Source: Octopus sinensis
Lineage: Eukaryota
Direction: 5' to 3'
Assembly (NCBI RefSeq): GCF_006345805.1
Contig: NC_043001.1
Span: 89,032,001-89,096,000 of the forward strand
Length of the DNA: 64,000 nt
A model generated the notes under the pieces. It did not search any database, was not told the DNA's origin, and saw only the letters and a list, made by a program, of their open reading frames with translations. A program made the translations under genes and the position numbers. This document shows positions 1 through 11,349 of the stretch, piece by piece; position 1 is the first letter of the stretch; every line of letters starts with the position of its first letter.

Positions 1-353
1 GAAAGTATGCATAGCTTTCATCCTCTCTCTTTATTTTACTCACTCACTGTTCCTCTCCAACAACAGATGCTACAATATTTTTTACCTGCCCCCTCCTCTC
101 TCTCTCTTCCATCTACCTTTCATACTCGTTTCTTTCATTGCCAAACACTCTATTTTTTCATTGCCAAAATCTCTATTTTTTCTCTTCTCCCTCACCTAGA
201 ATGTCTTTTATGTCTGCTGTCTTCTCTCTTCTTTGTTTGTATGACACCTCTCCCTAACAGAAGCCCACACTGTCTACTAACTCACTCTTCAAACTCACCA
301 TTTTGACACTTCCTCTCTCTATCTTTCTATTTGAAAACATATACAGCATTTGC

Positions 354-397
<44 letters not shown>

Positions 398-2596
398 TTG
401 TTTGTGTATATGTGTCCCTCTATTGCTTCTCACAGGCATGACAGAATATGTGAAGATGAAACTAGTTTACAACACTCACCTCTTCCTTTTACTCGCTTTC
501 CATTTCTCTCCCCACTCTCTATTTTACTCACTATGTCACCTCCAACTTCAACTGTCATTCCTAAACTGTGACAGAAACCAATAAAAAAAAAACCACAAAG
601 CACATAATTTGGTCTTTTATATGGAGCGTATAGGATGGTAGATGGCAAGAATGCTGAACTAAATGCCTAGCAATTTTTAGTTACATCCTTTTATGTTTTG
701 TATTCAATTATTGCTATTATTTAACTTTAACTTACATCTATTTGAAATTGAGAAAATAAATTTCGGTAAAATACTGGTTTGATATAATTATCTTACTCAA
801 AATTTCAAGCTTTAAACATAATTATCATCATCATCTTTCAATACCCATCTTCTATGCTAGCATGAGTTGGATGGTTTGACAGCATCCAATAGGTCTGAGA
901 TCCTAGGTTGACTTTGCCTTTAATTCTTTCAGGGTCAATAAAATAAGTACCAGTTGAAACTATTATTATAGAAACTATTATTATTGTAATGATATAGCTT
1001 TGCCTCTCTTTCTTCTGGGGTTGGTAAAATATGTACCAGTTGTATATTAAGTTCCTTTAAATTGACTATACACCTTCAGAGCCATTTGGTTTGGCTGTAA
1101 TAAGACTGAATGGCAATTTAATAGCCTCACAGTATATTCATACTTTTACTTTTATTTATCAAATATATTTTTTACAGTTCCGAGCGTCATAAAACATGTT
1201 TAGCTAAATACTTTTTGTCTCATCGTTTCAGTATAACTATCACATGAGTAAGGTGAAAGAGGAAATTGAAGCATGATATTTGTGCATTCCCACAAGCATT
1301 TATGATATTTAAAAAAAAGTCCAGTGAATGGTCTGTACTTGAAAGTTATAGATGGCCAAGATAAGCTGGTACTGAACAGTGATACAAGGATTCTGTGATT
1401 GTTCCACTGTCACTGATTTTGCTATGGCCATGGCTGGTTTTAAGTCAATTAGGCAGATTTGTTTAAATTGGGCCCTATGTCAAGAGAGGGCTCCACACAC
1501 ATGCTCAAGCGGAAGACCCTTTGGTGAATTTTTAATATACCATTGTGGCTAGTGGTGAAGCCTCAAGTCCTCAACACTTTTTGCAGGAACTGGTGTACTA
1601 CACGAAGCATAAAACATCTATCTTCAGCTTTTGTAGAGTAGAGAGCCCTACTGACAATTCTCTAATTGAGCCCTGCACTCCCTAGCACCAGCCCTGTCCA
1701 TGACCAAGATACTTAATTCCCCATAGCCCAGTCCACCTAGCTGTAAAGAGTTTCCACAATGTTCTGTACTTCACTGTACTCTATTCATGGCCAAGATACT
1801 TTCAATACTCTAGTCTACCTCAGCACTTCAGATAATCAGTAATACAGTGTGTATTACATTTCATGCTTCCTGAAATTCAGCAACACTACTCCTCTTTATA
1901 GCTCCTCAATGTTCACTTTTCTGTCTTCTTGTGTTTTATCCTTGTACTGTGTATGCACTTTTATATTCAATTGCTATCTTCCTTTACTTGACTTATTGCC
2001 ACTTTCTATCCCTTCTTATATCGTTTATCTTTTACCAATGAATTGTAGTGCACCGTATACAATAAGCTTACTATCATCATCACCACCACCACCACCTTCA
2101 TCATCATAATTATTAAGGCAGCAAGCTGGCAGAATAGTTAGCACACTAGGCAAAATTGCTGAGCAGCATTTTATCTGTCTGCACGTTCTGAATCCTAATT
2201 CCACCTTTGCCTTTCATGGTCGATAAAATAAGTACCAGCTGATCACTGGGGTTGACACAATCGATTACCCCCTCCCCTAAAACCACTGGTCTTGTTCTTA
2301 AATTTGAAATCCTTTGCACTCATGATTACAAGATTGTGGTCTTAATTCCTAGACCAAGAGGTGCATCATGTTCTTGAGAAAAACACTTCATCTCATGTTG
2401 CTCTGCAATTACTTCGACATCTGATGTGTGGCACCCTGTACATCTGTTCAGGCAATGTTGATTTGATGGAGGGAGTGACCTGATGTACAGCACATACATT
2501 TGATCACCATAAATAATTCATTTGTGCAGATCATTTAGCAAAAAGTTCGTATGTCTTTGATGGGAAAGTCCATCACATTATAATTATTATTGTTAT

Positions 2597-2962
2597 TACC
2601 TCCACCTTAGCAAAGGCAGAGGTATTGTTTTCAGTCATGCTTGTTTGTTTATTTGTTTGTCCATGGACAAGATATCTCAAGAACTGCTGGGTGGATTAGG
2701 ATGAAACTTTCAGGGATGTTTGGCCTCATGAATGGCATGGACTGATTAGATTTTGGGATTGATATGGCACTGGACAACGATTTTGGATTATTTTTCCTAT
2801 TTTTTTACTTAATTTTTGAGAGTGGTTGGGTTCATTTTTAGTATTCTCATTTGTGAGAGCAATTCAGTTTATTTCAGATATTCCCATTTTAAAAACTGTT
2901 GGCTAATCGTTGAAAGGATGTTGGTGTTGCCTTGGCGGAGGTTAACCTTCTCTGAGTGCTCT
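2597..2962 (+). mobile_element. Helentron/DINE-like non-autonomous element (second copy at 35657-36025)
   Basis: Subterminal inverted repeat acctccacc / ggcggaggt, internal (GTTT)n tract and gatgaaactt core; clearly homologous to 35657-36025. Confidence 0.65.
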
Positions 2963-3069
2963 TGTTGTTGTTGTTGTTGTCGTCGTCGTCGTCGTCATCG
3001 TCGTCGTTGTCATCGTCGTCGTCGTCGTCGTTGTCATCATCATCATATTCATCATCATCATCATCATCA

Positions 3070-3101
<32 letters not shown>
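2962..3101. repeat. Compound trinucleotide microsatellite (TTG)n(TCG)n(TCA)n(TTA)n
   Basis: Directly visible. Confidence 0.95.
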
Positions 3102-3103
<2 letters not shown>

Positions 3104-3125
3104 GTAAGGCAGTGAGCTGGCAGAA

Positions 3126-4197
3126 GTCCTCTTCCCATCTTTTCCTTGGTACATACAGTCTGTCTGTGTCACTTTTTGGGTGGAGTATCCCATATCTAGA
3201 TATCAACTTCCTTGCCTTTCTGTCTAAGATGTTTAGGTAATCTACTGTCTATGCGATTACCCCTACTCCATATCTAAGGAGTGAAACCACCCAGGTGTTG
3301 ATAGCTTCAATCTTATTCCATTCATTTAATTTTGACTTAGGGATCAGTCTCAGTCTGTGCAAGAACTTCACCTTAAATTTTTCTGTCATTTCTTTCTCCA
3401 TCAATTTATCCATTTCCAAAATCCCCAAGTACTTATAACCCATCTCTTTTATCTGGTTCATAACCTCCCCCGATGGTGTCATCAGCCCGTCCATACATTT
3501 GATTTTGCCTCTCTTCAAGACTAACACATCACACTTTCTCAGTCCGAACTCCATTCTGATATCAGCACTGAAAGTATACACCATATCAACGAGGGAACTG
3601 ACTTGGACTTCATCTTTATCATAAAGTTTGAGGTCATCCATGAATAACAAATGGTTGATTTTTTCTTTACAGCTTTTGAATACATACCCAGTTTTTGCTT
3701 TTCTCAGAATCAGTGTTAGTGGTATCAAACACAGTACAAAGATCAGTGGGGACAGGCAATCTCCTTGGAAGATGCCCCTCCTAATTTCTACTGTCCCTAA
3801 ACTTCTTCCATATGCTGTGAGGTCCGTCCTCCAATTCACCATATTTTTCCCAAGCAATCGCTCAACATTCGATGCAATACCAAATAGGTTCATGCATTCC
3901 ATAATCCAAGAATGTGGGATCATATCGTACGCTTTACGATAGTCGATCCATGACATGGCTAAGTTACTTTTCCTCCGCTTGCAGTTTTGTCTATCAGGAG
4001 TTGATCCTTGGTACCTCTGCACTTACACTTGCAACCCTTTTGCTCATGTGGCAGGACTCCCAATTTTTTTCCAGATGTTCATACACTGATTCTGTGAGTA
4101 TTCCACTTAATAATTTCCACATAAGTGGCAGACAGGATATTGGCTTGTAATTGTCTACCGTATTGCTTTTTTCAATGTTTTTCAAGCACAGTACTGC
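3126..4197 (-). mobile_element. R4/Dong-type non-LTR retrotransposon RT fragment
   Basis: [65 protein letters not shown]; flanked by (TTA)n. Confidence 0.88.
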
Positions 4198-4221
4198 ACT
4201 ATTATTATCATTATTATTATT

Positions 4222-4252
<31 letters not shown>

Positions 4253-4305
4253 TATTATTAATAATAATAATAATAATAATAATAAGAAGAAGAAGAAGAA
4301 GAAGT

Positions 4306-4520
4306 AAGGCAGTGAGCTGGCAGAATCATTAGCATGCTGGGCAAAATGCTCAGCAGTATTTTGTCTACTGCTATATTCTGAGTTCAAATTCTGCCAAGGT
4401 CGACTTTGCCTTTCATCCTTTCGGCGTTGATAAAATAAGTACCAGTTGAGCACTAGGGTTGATGTAAACAACTTAACCCCTCTCTCTAAAATTGCTGGCC
4501 TTGTTCCAAGATTTGAAACT
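4306..4520 (+). mobile_element. tRNA-derived SINE family A (representative copy; others at ~2115, 5590(-), 18848(-), 23680(-), 27350(-), 35475, 44302, 46553, 63870)
   Basis: Head aaggcagtgagctggcagaatcattagc (A-box-like), gagttcaaattc (B-box-like) and conserved body tttgcctttcatcctttcgg..gataaaataagtaccag; usually next to (TTA)n. Confidence 0.85.
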
Positions 4521-4910
4521 ATTCTTCTTCTTATTATTATTATTACATAGTAGTACAGTTCACTGAACTGTATTAGCAGACCTGTTCACTTAACTACAAG
4601 TATATATCACTATACAGTATCATTCACTACAATGTGTCCACAGCCAAGATACCTAACTGTTAACAGTTCAGTCAATTTAACTGTTAGTAGATATTACTAA
4701 ATGGTATAATTCACTGTACTGTGTCCATAATCAAGCAAACTGTTACCAGCCAAGTTCACCTTGTAAGCAGGTACCACTGTATGATGTAGTTCCCTGTACA
4801 GTGTTCATAGCAGAGATATCTAACAGTCTGCAGCCTGGTTTACTTAGTTATAAGTAGCTACCAAAGTGTAGCTAGTCCACAAGCACAAACTAAAGGTAGG
4901 CTTTCTAGAC

Positions 4911-5149
4911 ATGAAATATTTAGGGAGAGAAACTGTAAGGGTGTTAGTGATCTAAGAGAAGACCCAGAGCCATAGTAAATAAGGTGGAATGGTTAAGGGC
5001 CAGTTAAATAATAATTAAAATGACACAATAATTAAAATGAAATATTTAGGGAGAGAACATGTAAGGGTGTTAGTGATCTAAGAGAAGACCCAGAACCATA
5101 GTAAATAAGGTGGAATGGTTAAGGGCCAGTTAAAATAATAATTAAAATG
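4911..5149. repeat. Recent ~127-bp tandem duplication
   Basis: atgaaatatttagggagagaa...aataataattaaaatg occurs twice, nearly identical. Confidence 0.9.
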
Positions 5150-6564
5150 TTCTGCTGGAATTTAATCACTAGTTTAACTTAGAAGCAAAGAAACATTTTT
5201 TAAAGAATTTTTTTTCTTTTTGCTTTTACAGTTTTAATTATTTCTAAAACAAACATTAAAATTTTTTTTTCTTGGTGAAAATAAAATAAAATCATGAAAT
5301 TCTTTGTATTTATGTGCATGCATTTGTGTGTTTGTAGAATATCATACAGGTATTGAGGGGAAATAATGTGAAAATCTTTTATAGCTTTTGCAACTGCTAT
5401 TATTGTTGTAGCTATGCTTATTGTTTTATAGCTACTGGTCCTCATTGAAGAACAGAACTGTTATTAAAGATGTTCCAACCGTGACCATCTCATCTTTTCT
5501 ATCAGTGTATCTCAGACTACATTATCAGACAATATGAATTTCCTTCATTTTTTTTTTTAAGGTTGTAAGGTGAGATCTGATTACTATTTCTTATTTCTGT
5601 ACAGCCCATAAGGGGCTACACACAGAGGGGACAAACAAGGACAGACAAACGGATTAAGTCGATTATATGGACCCCAGTGCATAACTGGGACTTATTTAAT
5701 CGACCCCAAAAGGATGAAAGGATGAAAGGCAAAGTTGACCTCAGCGGAATTTGAACTCAGAACATAGCTGCGGACGAAATACCAGCAAGCATTTTGCTGA
5801 TTACTATTTCTAACAGGGTAAGTGACTGTATAGAGGCTCTGACAATGGCCTATTGCTGGTTTGGGGATTATTTGCTCTAATGTATGTGAATTTGTATCAT
5901 GGTTTCAATTCACTATATGTGTACAGATAATTCATTCTGAGAGAACAATGCAAGAGAACTTCTCATATTTCCCTTCTTGAAAAGATGAAGGCTTTTGTTC
6001 CAAGTGTAAAAAAAATTCCACTCTGCTGTTTATATAACTTAAACATAGTTCTTGATAAATTTTTTCCAAGCAATTATACATACATATGTATATTATATAA
6101 GAGTTGCCTGAGTGTGTCTTCACGTTTATTTAGAAACTACAAAATGAACATCCACAAAACTATATCTTTTATTTTGTACCTGTTTGAGTCGAACAGCAGC
6201 CAAGCAGGGGCACTGCCCTGAAGGGTTTAATCAAACAAATCAACACCAGTACCTATTTTCAAACCTTTACTTATTCTTTCGATGTCTTTTTGCTGAACCA
6301 CTAAGTTATGGGAACAAACCAACACCATTGCCATGTGGTGGTTGGGTCAAACACAGATACACGCACACACATACACGTGAGTTTTCTTTAAGTTTTCTTC
6401 TACCAAATCCACTCTTACGGTTTTGGTCAGCCTAGGAATATAGTAGAAGACTTTTGCTCAAAGTGCCATGGAGTAGGCCTGACCCCAAAACCATGCAGTT
6501 GGTAAGCACGCTTCTTACCACTACCACACAGCCATTTTTTCCTTAAAAGAATGTAAATCCCCCC

Positions 6565-6605
<41 letters not shown>

Positions 6606-6645
6606 AATCTGTAAATATAATATGTGACAGTTATTCGGTAGCCAT

Positions 6646-6706
6646 GATAAAACTCTGAGTTTTGGATGTCGGGGCGGAAACCCACGCCGGCATCTCTTCA
6701 GCTATT
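6646..6706 (-). ncRNA. Decayed hammerhead (left-arm copy; GAAA mutated to AAAA)
   Basis: Minus strand aatag CTGAAGA gatgccggcgtgg-gttt-ccgccccgacatc c AAAA ctcagag t t ttatc. Confidence 0.65.
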
Positions 6707-6818
6707 GGGTCATCGGAAAAAATGCTATGAAAATAACCATTAAAGCAAAGGGAAATTACTGTGTGATTGACCGTTATTAGAATGACCGCTAAGTAAGGGG
6801 AGAGAGTATAGATGGCCC

Positions 6819-6879
6819 GATAACTGAAGAGATGCGGGCGTGGGTTTCCACCCCAACATCCGAAATTCGGAGTTTTATC
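6819..6879 (+). ncRNA. Type I hammerhead ribozyme; predicted GUU site at 6874
   Basis: GATAA | CTGAAGA | GATG..GTGG-gttt-CCAC..CATC c | GAAA | TTC-G-GAG | T T | TTATC: perfect 5-bp stem I and long stem II. Confidence 0.8.
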
Positions 6880-6996
6880 ATGGCTACCAAATAATTGTTA
6901 CATATATTTACAGATAAATTCTTCTATTTACATAATATTGAGGTCTCTTTCATTCTTTTGTTGTCTTGCCATTTCTATCAATATATATATATAAAG

Positions 6997-7040
<44 letters not shown>

Positions 7041-7076
7041 ATGTGTGTATATATATATAAATATCTATATATGTGT

Positions 7077-7125
<49 letters not shown>

Positions 7126-7156
7126 TATATATGTATATATATATGTGTGTGTGTGT

Positions 7157-7466
7157 CTGGCACCTGTGTCAGTGGCACATAAAAACACCATCCGAGCGTG
7201 GCCGTCTGCCAGCCTCGTCTGGCACCTGTGTCGGTGGCACATAAAAAACACCATCCGAGCATGGCCGTTCGCCAGCCTCGTCTGGCACCTGTGTCGGTGG
7301 CACATAAAATCACCCACTACACTCTCAGAGTGGTTGGCGTTAGGAAGGGCATCCAGCTGTAGAAACACTGCCAGATCTGACTGGCCTGGTGCAGCCTTCG
7401 GGCTCCCCAGACCCCAGTTGAACCGTCCAACCCATGCTAGCATGGAAAGCGGACGTTAAATGATGA
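7157..7466 (+). mobile_element. RTE 3'-end fragment containing a ~60-bp tandem repeat
   Basis: Repeated tctggcacctgtgtcggtggcacataaaaacaccatccgagc units, then the same tail as the RTE at 15461 (ttaggaagggcatccagctgtagaaac...ggacgttaaatgatga). Confidence 0.8.
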
Positions 7467-7769
7467 TATATACATATATCCCTTTTGTCAGTCATTAGGC
7501 TGTGGCCATGTTGGGGTACTGCCTTGAAGAATTTCAGTCAAACGAATCGACTCCAGTACTTTTTCTTTTAAAGCCTGTTACCTATTCTATCAATTTCTTT
7601 TGCCAAACTGCTAAGTTACAGGGACGTAAACACACCAACACCAGCTGTCAACAAACTCAAGCACACACACATATACATATACACACATATATGGAGAGAG
7701 AGAATGTGTGTGTAGGATAGACAGAGAGGGGGAGAGAGAGGAGGTTGAATATGATGTGATGACAGTTAT

Positions 7770-8050
7770 TGAGGTAACACCGTTTGTTTGTTGTTAAGGA
7801 CAATTGACATGTAAGCTAAGCAGACGTCTCTTACAAAAAAAATACACCAACAAAACACCGCTGACGGTCTGGACGATTGAATCGCTGACTGGAACCACGC
7901 CCAAGTACCTATTTCGTGCACAAAGTAAGTACTTTATACCTGTAACAATGCCGTGACCAGCCGCTCTAAAAAAAAAGATTAATATTTATAACTTTTCACG
8001 TTGTTTGTTGAAGACGGAGCCAGCCACATCTGGTATCTGAAATAACTTAC
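7770..8050. promoter_or_regulatory. Possible promoter or non-coding first exon
   Basis: Non-repetitive-looking, CpG-retaining segment in CpG-poor DNA, with caaa|GTAAGT donor-like site at 7925 (+). Confidence 0.3.
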
Positions 8051-8399
8051 TCTGATTTTGGTGTATATACATGTGTGTGCGTGTATACTGTCAAAATATC
8101 GTCTTTTTTATGTCTGTATGTAACATATTTCTTTTGTCTCTCACTCAAGATATACACAAACTGTGTGTGTGTGTGTATGTTATTTATTTATTATTTTTTT
8201 TCACTTGTTTTACGTTGAACTAGGGCACAGCCTTCATAGGGTCTATCATATCGATCTCAGTATTAATTTCAGGCGGGTACTTATTTGATTGATCTTCTCA
8301 TGGCAGAACCGCTAAGTCACGGTTATAAAATAACATAACGTAAACAACACCAGATTTTTTAGACCAGTGTAAGCATAAAGGTACGTGCACATGCAGTAT

Positions 8400-8438
8400 A
8401 TAGACATACGTTTATATATACATGCATATACATATGCC

Positions 8439-8487
<49 letters not shown>

Positions 8488-8721
8488 CATGCATACATAC
8501 ATACACACATATATTTATAAACTGTTAAAAAGTATGACTATCTCCTCACGTTCACCAATGGCACATACTTTACGTGCTGTGATATTTATATATAACCACC
8601 ACTTCTTGTTTATGTTCATCACTATCTCCCTGTGTGCATTTTACTCCTTTATAAATACTATCCAGCTTTTAGTAAGTATATACTTGTCTGGGTATACGTC
8701 TGTCGACACACATACACAAAA

Positions 8722-8785
<64 letters not shown>

Positions 8786-8888
8786 ATACACATACATACA
8801 TGTGTACGAATATTGAGCCTAATTCCTATAGTAACCTGTCGCGCATCCAATTCATCAATAAGTGTCTGTATGTAGATATGCCCCACCC

Positions 8889-8945
<57 letters not shown>

Positions 8946-9077
8946 ATGAATGTATGTATATTCTTTTACGTGTTTCTGTCATTTGACTTTGGTGATGCTG
9001 GAGCACCTATATATATATATGTGAGGGTGTGTATTGATAGAGAGATAAACATACATACATATACATGTTATATATAT

Positions 9078-9143
<66 letters not shown>

Positions 9144-9155
9144 TATATATATATA
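8400..9155. repeat. Cluster of (TA)n/(TG)n/(CA)n microsatellites (one of many in the window)
   Basis: Directly visible; the source of spurious YIYI/CVCV ORFs. Confidence 0.95.
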
Positions 9156-9285
9156 AAGTCTGTATATGTTTGTCTTTATGGCAAGCGAGTGCTATTAAAA
9201 ACAAGTTTGACATTAAACTGAAGATTTTTCCTTTTTTTTTTTTTTGTAGAGTGCGTATTTATCATGCTTTCAGAATAAAAATAGT

Positions 9286-9370
9286 GAAAGTAACTTCGAA
9301 GTTTCGGCCTGCTAACCTTCGTGAGACTGTCCGTCGAAGGCTAGCTGGCCGAAACTTCGAAGTGACTGTC
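9286..9370. ncRNA. 85-bp palindrome centred on 9328, composed of two overlapping back-to-back hammerhead-like motifs
   Basis: Plus strand: GACTGT | CCGTCGA a | GGCT-agct-GGCC | GAAA | CTTCGAAG T G | ACTGTC. Minus strand: GACAGT | CTCACGA a | GGTT-agca-GGCC | GAAA | CTTCGAAG T T | ACTTTC. Both first core segments deviate from CTGACGA. Confidence 0.65.
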
Positions 9371-11349
9371 AGCACTCTGTAAGTTCAGTTAGGCTTATTT
9401 ATGTATTCCTTGATTTTTCCATTTAAATATTTAGGGAAAATATCTATTGATATTCTAATCAAGAAAGTTCCATAACATTTTACACGTACCACCATTTGGT
9501 TTTTTTTGTGGCCGCGCCCTCATAAAACCGTCCTACAATTTAATAAGTCAAAACGAGTCAGCTCAACGTGCTAGAAATAGCAATCAAATCTCATTCGAAA
9601 CCCACTCTGCTACTTAAATAAGGAAATGATTTATTAGGTTTATCTTGGTAGCCCTAGATAAACAGTTTCTGAAATAAACGAATAAAAAAAGTGAGATGGT
9701 CACGGCTTGGATACTTTTGACCATACTTCTGCTCCATTACGATTGACTGGGAATTAAACAACGAGAACGAGTTATAATAAACTAAAATATCCTGTGAATA
9801 TTTCTTGTTAAAGAAACGGATTTTTGTAGAGCTTTCCATCTTAAAATAACAACAACCTCTAACACTTTTTTCTTAAATGCCATACCTACAAGGTTCCCTC
9901 TTATTTTTTCTCTGCGGGTATACGGAGAAATTTTTCGAGTATACAAATTTTGTCTTCCTTTGCAAATTTTGTTTGTGAACGATCATTCATACAAATAGAA
10001 AATTAAAATATTTGCTTTTTTTAAAAAAAATCAATTAAAATATTTTGATATTTGAGAAAAATATTTGATTTAGAATATTTGATTTAATCTTGAAAAAAAA
10101 AAAAAAAGAAAGAAAATGCGCACATATTTCTTTCTGAAACGTGTGTGCGCGCACAAACGCAAGTTTTCCGTTTGTTCGCAAGTTGTAAAGTGTGTGTATG
10201 CCCATACACAGTTTAGTGGTAACAATGCATACCAGTATGAATTACACAATAGAAAGTTTTTAAATCAACATAACTCGAATATATCTTTAGTATTTTGACA
10301 CACTAACTCTGAGCAAAGAACTGGAACGTGTCTCGCATGGCATTTTGTCAAACGCTCTAACGACTTTACCAATTCACCGCCTACTGGGTTTATTATATTT
10401 ATAGTAATCTAAGTAGTTGACTTTCTTTTGTTTTCTACCTATTATTAAATGTGAAAACTTATCTGGTCAACATCTACTCAGTGTATCTGTCTACACGGTT
10501 TGTAATATTGTTATATTGATGTTGCATGCATTTTGGTATGCATGCACGTGGTCTATACTATTTATGGTGACATGTTCGATATGGAGAAACAGTTCTTTTG
10601 TGTGTGTGTGTGTTTTCACACTCATATACATATCATCATCATTTAACGTCCATGTTCCATACTGACATGGGTTGGTCTGTTTGACACCATCTGATGGACT
10701 CAAGGACTGCATCATGCTCTTGTGTTTGCCCTGGCAGGGTTTCTATGACTGGGTACACTTCCTGATGCCAACTGCTTTACAGCATATGCCGAGTGCTTTT
10801 ATTTTTATACTACCTGCACTATTTTTAAAATGAAAAAAGACCTTGTACAGGGCTGATCCCAATGCTCTAAACAATGTATGAAGTTGCTCAAAAAGAAAGA
10901 ACTAGTCTGCATCACCTGGTGCAAACATAGTCTCAAGTGTTGCATCAGTGTTTTCCTTCTCCAAGACAGATGTCTAAGTAAAAACTAGAGGTCTGCCACT
11001 CACATCAAGCTATCATTGAAGTTTACTCCTTGATCATGTGTAAATACATGCAGACATTTGCTGTTGGATGGATGTTAACTCATCTAAGTTCATCTGCCTT
11101 TTGATTGGTTCTGTTTTATGTTCTGCAGGGTATCCAACAAAAACCATTCTCCTTATCAAACAGGTTGTACCAGTAGCTGTAAGAGTGATCTGACATATTC
11201 ATATATACAAAAGAAGTTTCAATTAAAAGTTCATTACAAATTTTCCTTGCTTGTTACTTATGCTTCATTCTGAAGTCATGTTCAACCCACCAAAATTTTG
11301 CCACACCCTATCAGTTGGGTGTGCACCTCACTTTGAGACATACTGGTCT

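Larger units (their letters stand above)
6607..6980. mobile_element. Palindromic element (arms 6607-6714 and 6811-6915, right-side extension to ~6980) inserted in (TA)n, with a hammerhead in each arm
   Basis: Arms of ~105 bp are reverse complements (ggtagccatgataaaactc / gagttttatcatggctacc) around a ~96-bp spacer; (TA)n lies on both sides. Confidence 0.85.

Noticed and set aside
1165-1250. ttttttacAG acceptor followed by short open frames (possible terminal exon)
   Set aside because: No upstream exon or recognisable protein similarity; unsupported without RNA data.
2816-3240. Poly-D/N/H/S/T ORFs
   Set aside because: They result from the compound trinucleotide repeat.
7157-7315. Regular ~60-bp repeats resembling a CRISPR array
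   Set aside because: The 'spacers' are identical, the context is eukaryotic, and the units belong to the RTE 3' UTR.
8800-8893. Short CpG-containing island between microsatellites with TTGATGA on the minus strand
   Set aside because: No stem II, GAAA or stem I could be built.
6895-9382. Many ORFs rich in YI/CV/HT repeats (also near 32132-32448, 43014-43739 and elsewhere)
   Set aside because: These are translations of dinucleotide microsatellites.
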